Below are positions 60,439-64,000 of a stretch of DNA of 64,000 nt, piece by piece. The stretch's first letter is position 1, and every line of letters starts with the position of its first letter. The notes beneath the pieces were generated by a model. That model did no database searches. It was not told the origin of the DNA and worked only from the letters and a program-made list of their open reading frames with translations. A program made the translations under genes and the position numbers. This stretch comes from Carnobacterium sp. (GTDB lineage Bacteria; Bacillota; Bacilli; Lactobacillales; Carnobacteriaceae): contig NZ_JBEMAR010000003.1 of assembly GCF_040274945.1 (NCBI RefSeq), positions 88,994-152,993 of the forward strand, read 5' to 3'.

Positions 60439-62808
60439 TTAAGATTTTATAAACGGTGTAACCTCATTTATCTTTTCAGAAGGAGAAATGAGGTGATTAA
60501 GAATCATTTTTTCATAAATGATACGAAGAATTAATGAAATAACGATCAAATATATAAATGGTGAGAAGGTGTTCGCTGTTAACGTCCCAATTTCTAAAAT
60601 TGATTTAAATAAATAAGCTGCTACATAGAAACCTACAGAAGTTGTAACAGCGATAAATACTCTATACCAATTGAACGGCATACACGCTTTGATTACAGCA
60701 AAAATGCTGATTCCTGCAAGAACATAGTACATCAATGTAGTAGTTTCCAATTGAGACCACCCTTGAGACTGGCTTATAAAATAAATTACGATTGTATTTA
60801 ATACGACTAATAGTGCATTGGGTAAAGCATTGTTTAATACTGTATATAAAAAGTTGTGCGTGACTCGTTCTTTATTGGCTTCAAAAGATAAGAAGAAAGA
60901 TGAATACCCTTCAATCACTAAATCGATTAAGGTAATTTGTATGGGTATAAATGGAAATGCTAATAAACTGATTGCACAAATAACAGCCATTATAAAAGAA
61001 TAAATTGTTTTAATAAAGAATATGGAAGCTACCTTCGTCAAATTATTCACTACTCGACGGCCTTCAAATAAAACAGCTGGCAAGGAGGTAAAGTCAGATT
61101 CTAGTAGTACAAGATTAGCAATTTGTCTTGTTGCACTGTCTCCTTCAGCCATTGCAATGCTACAGTCTGCTTCTCTCAAAGCTAAGATATCGTTCACACC
61201 ATCACCGGTCATAGCTACTGTGTGTCCATTATCTTTTAATTCTTTAACCAATAGTCGCTTTTGTTGAGGAGACACTCGTCCAAATACACTATATTGGTGA
61301 ACAGCTCTGCGTACTTCTGCTTCTTCAGTTAGTTTAGACAAATCTATATATTTATCATAATTTTCAAGCCCAGCCTGCTTAGCAACTGTTGAAACTGTCA
61401 GTGGATTATCACCAGAAATAATTTTCAAATCAATACCTTGTTTTTTTAAATAGTCGAGTGTTTGATTGGCATTTTTTCTAATTGGATCCCTTAGCTCAAT
61501 AATAGCCATTGGAGAAGGATTTTTTAAGGCAGGGTATTTGTCTGACTCCATTTCTGTTTTACCAAACATTAAAACACGATTGCCTCTCTCTTGAGCACGA
61601 AGAACAGCCTCCGGCATATCTTCATCAACTGTAATAATTCTTTCGGGAGCTCCTATTACAAACGTTCCTTGATTTTCAAATGTGATAGCTCCCCACTTTT
61701 TTTCAGATGAAAAAGGAAAAACCTTTTTTATATCATAAATTTGTCCCTTATTGAAATGCTTGCGGAGTGCTTGCATGGTGTTGTTGTTATCTTCACTTGC
61801 AGAAATATAATTACCAATCAAATGATTTAATTCAGTTAGGTCCATTCCATTCAATGGACTTACTTGCTGAACTTTCATTTTTCCTTCAGTGATGGTTCCA
61901 GTTTTGTCCAAGCAAAGCACGTCAACATGTGCCAGCATTTCTACAGAATGCATTTCTTGGACCAGTATTTTTTTCTTACCGAGGGTAATTACAGCTGTAG
62001 CTAACGATAATACAATCAACAATGCTAGACCTTTAGGCAACATTCCAAGTAGAGCTGCAGTAGATGAAATGACCGCAATAGACATGCTATCCCCACGTAC
62101 AGCATAGGCTTCAATAAATAGAATAATACCGATAGGAATAATGATATAACTTGTAAACTTAGCAATTTTTCGAATAGCACCTAATAATTCAGATTTCACT
62201 GGTTTGTGTGTTTTCACTTCATTAACCAATTGATTCCCATAATTATCTTTTCCAACATGATGAACTTGTGCGTAGCATTTCCCACTTGAAATGAAACTAC
62301 CTGACAGTAATTCATCACCTACTTCTTTCTCAACTAAATCTGATTCCCCTGTTAAAAGGGACTCATTGGCCTCTACCTTATCCTTTATAACTATAGCATC
62401 AGCTGGAATCTGTTCGCCGGCACTCAGTATTAAAATATCATCTAATACAATGTCTTCAGAATCAATCAGCTTGTTTACGCCATCTCTAACTACTGTTACT
62501 TGAGCTTTCGTAACAATTGACAGCTGTTCCACCGTATTTCTTGCCCGTATCTCAATTGTAATCCCAATAAGAACGTTCATAATAATAATAAGAATAAAGA
62601 ACATATTAGAGAAAGCACCAACTAAAGATAAAGAAATCGCAATACTAAAATTGAGCATATTAAACAACGTAAATAAGTTATCCTTAATAATTTGAGTATT
62701 TGTCTTAGTAACTTTTGTTGTATATTGATTCGTTTGTCCCTGACTACCGCGTATTTCTACCTCTTGGCGACTTAAACCTTTTAATTTTTCGTTTGGCAAA
62801 CTGCCCAT
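60439..62808 (-). CDS. CtpE-like P-type ATPase
   Basis: LTGES, DKTGTITEG, ISGDNP, TGDGVND. Start moved to ATG 62808. Confidence 0.9.
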   Translation of the reverse strand: MGSLPNEKLKGLSRQEVEIRGSQGQTNQYTTKVTKTNTQIIKDNLFTLFNMLNFSIAISLSLVGAFSNMFFILIIIMNVLIGITIEIRARNTVEQLSIVTKAQVTVVRDGVNKLIDSEDIVLDDILILSAGEQIPADAIVIKDKVEANESLLTGESDLVEKEVGDELLSGSFISSGKCYAQVHHVGKDNYGNQLVNEVKTHKPVKSELLGAIRKIAKFTSYIIIPIGIILFIEAYAVRGDSMSIAVISSTAALLGMLPKGLALLIVLSLATAVITLGKKKILVQEMHSVEMLAHVDVLCLDKTGTITEGKMKVQQVSPLNGMDLTELNHLIGNYISASEDNNNTMQALRKHFNKGQIYDIKKVFPFSSEKKWGAITFENQGTFVIGAPERIITVDEDMPEAVLRAQERGNRVLMFGKTEMESDKYPALKNPSPMAIIELRDPIRKNANQTLDYLKKQGIDLKIISGDNPLTVSTVAKQAGLENYDKYIDLSKLTEEAEVRRAVHQYSVFGRVSPQQKRLLVKELKDNGHTVAMTGDGVNDILALREADCSIAMAEGDSATRQIANLVLLESDFTSLPAVLFEGRRVVNNLTKVASIFFIKTIYSFIMAVICAISLLAFPFIPIQITLIDLVIEGYSSFFLSFEANKERVTHNFLYTVLNNALPNALLVVLNTIVIYFISQSQGWSQLETTTLMYYVLAGISIFAVIKACMPFNWYRVFIAVTTSVGFYVAAYLFKSILEIGTLTANTFSPFIYLIVISLILRIIYEKMILNHLISPSEKINEVTPFIKS

Positions 62809-63281
62809 AATAAAAATAACCCCTTGTATATTTTGAACTAATCTAATGTTAGATTTATGTCCTTTTAGCAGTATACCTGAAAACATTTATATGGTGCAAA
62901 TTGTTACCAGCGTCAGTTACGGTGTCTGTAATTTGAATAATCAAGTATTCCCACAAGAAATACAGAATAAAAAAAGAATCAAAAGCAATAAAAATAAAGA
63001 AGTATCTCACTGAAGACACCTACAATGATAGTGAATGAACTATGAATTATTCAAACTAATTTGTACCATTTCAGTTATCTTAATAGCTAAATGTAGGTTT
63101 AGCTTTTAGCATCTATGTTATTATGAAGTTAGCTGTTGCCTTATATAAGATATGTAAACAAAGAAATATTTATGCTATTAATGTTCATTCTTTGTTGCTT
63201 CTAATTATTTATAAAACTCAATTTTATTTGAATACAGCTATACAAATATATTAAACAAACTGACTTAAGAAGGAGATTTCC

Positions 63282-64000
63282 ATGTATTATTTTAAACATT
63301 CTAAACTATTTTTATGGACCATTTGGCTTTTAGCCTTAGTCCTCATTATTTACTTTTCAACTCAAATCAGCTTTGTTTTTCAGCCAATAATTGTTTTATT
63401 TTCGACACTTTTCATTCCAATTCTAAGTGCAGGATTTTTATTTTACTTACTAAATCCATTAATCAGTGTCATGCAAAAATTAAAAATCCAACGTAGTTAC
63501 GCTATTATCTTAGTCATGGTTTTTTTTCTTGGTGTATCCACTATTTTTGCTATTAAAACTTTTCCACTCCTAATGGATCAGCTATCCGATTTAGTGGCTA
63601 ACATTCCTAATATTCTCTCGGATATTGATATTCAAACTAAAGATTTTGCCTTATTTCCTGCATTAGATAATATTAATTTAGAAGAAACTTTGAAGCAATT
63701 AAATATTTCTCTTGATACTTTTGCAAAAACAATTTTAAGTAGCTTCACAACTAGCTTTAGTTCAATAATTGCCGGAGTTGCAAACTTAACAGTTGTTTTG
63801 TTCACGGTACCTATTATACTGTTCTATATGTTCCATGACGGTGAAAAATTACAACTATCTATTACACATTTATTTCCTGATAAATATAAAAAACATATAT
63901 TTGAATTGTTACATCAAACAAATGAAGTTATTACTGCTTATATCAGCGGAAAAGGCTTAGCAAGTATTGTAGTCGCTGTCTTAATTTATTTTGGACTTTT
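63282..64000 (+). CDS. AI-2E family transporter, runs off the window end
   Basis: Not in the ORF track. AAGGAG RBS then MYYFKHSKLFLW...FIPILSAGFLFYLLNPL...P.ILFYMFHDGEK...AYISGK; the frame is open to the window end. Confidence 0.85.
   Translation, partial: MYYFKHSKLFLWTIWLLALVLIIYFSTQISFVFQPIIVLFSTLFIPILSAGFLFYLLNPLISVMQKLKIQRSYAIILVMVFFLGVSTIFAIKTFPLLMDQLSDLVANIPNILSDIDIQTKDFALFPALDNINLEETLKQLNISLDTFAKTILSSFTTSFSSIIAGVANLTVVLFTVPIILFYMFHDGEKLQLSITHLFPDKYKKHIFELLHQTNEVITAYISGKGLASIVVAVLIYFGL

Noticed and set aside
62900-63060. Hydrophobic reading on the minus strand upstream of the CtpE-like ATPase
   Set aside because: It is interrupted by stops, has no RBS and has no recognisable family; probably AT-rich intergenic DNA.

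Overview
AT-rich chromosome window from a low-GC Firmicute. Gene content suggests Lactobacillales, probably Carnobacteriaceae or Enterococcaceae (inference). All family calls come from motif recognition by eye; no database searches were run. Layout: (1-4.7 kb) partial BglG/PRD-type regulator, DUF3021, DUF2087, nucleoid-associated protein, nth and an MsrA with an N-terminal fusion. (4.9-14 kb) a tightly coupled seven-gene membrane-lipid operon, which is the most striking system here: CarS-like cytidylyltransferase, two PEP-synthase/rifampin-phosphotransferase-like dikinases, CDP-alcohol phosphotransferase, phosphatidylserine decarboxylase, UbiA-like protein and GNAT-like protein. (14-23.5 kb) accessory redox/detox genes, including an internally deleted aldo-keto reductase and gfa-frmA. 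(23.6-28.9 kb) PHP hydrolase plus dedicated ECF transporter plus RpiR regulator. (29.8-41.8 kb) purEK-purCSQLFMNHD with PurR-type operators. (42-46.2 kb) an apparently cytoplasmic ApbE flavinylation locus with an FMN-bind x2-PAS protein and a truncated OYE-FMN-bind protein. (46.5-48.6 kb) NfeD-like gene and flotillin. (48.6-49.3 kb) a tRNA-like mini-element and a decayed serine resolvase. (49.7-64 kb) a visibly more AT-rich block of transport and envelope genes. No rRNA, complete tRNA or CRISPR array was seen.
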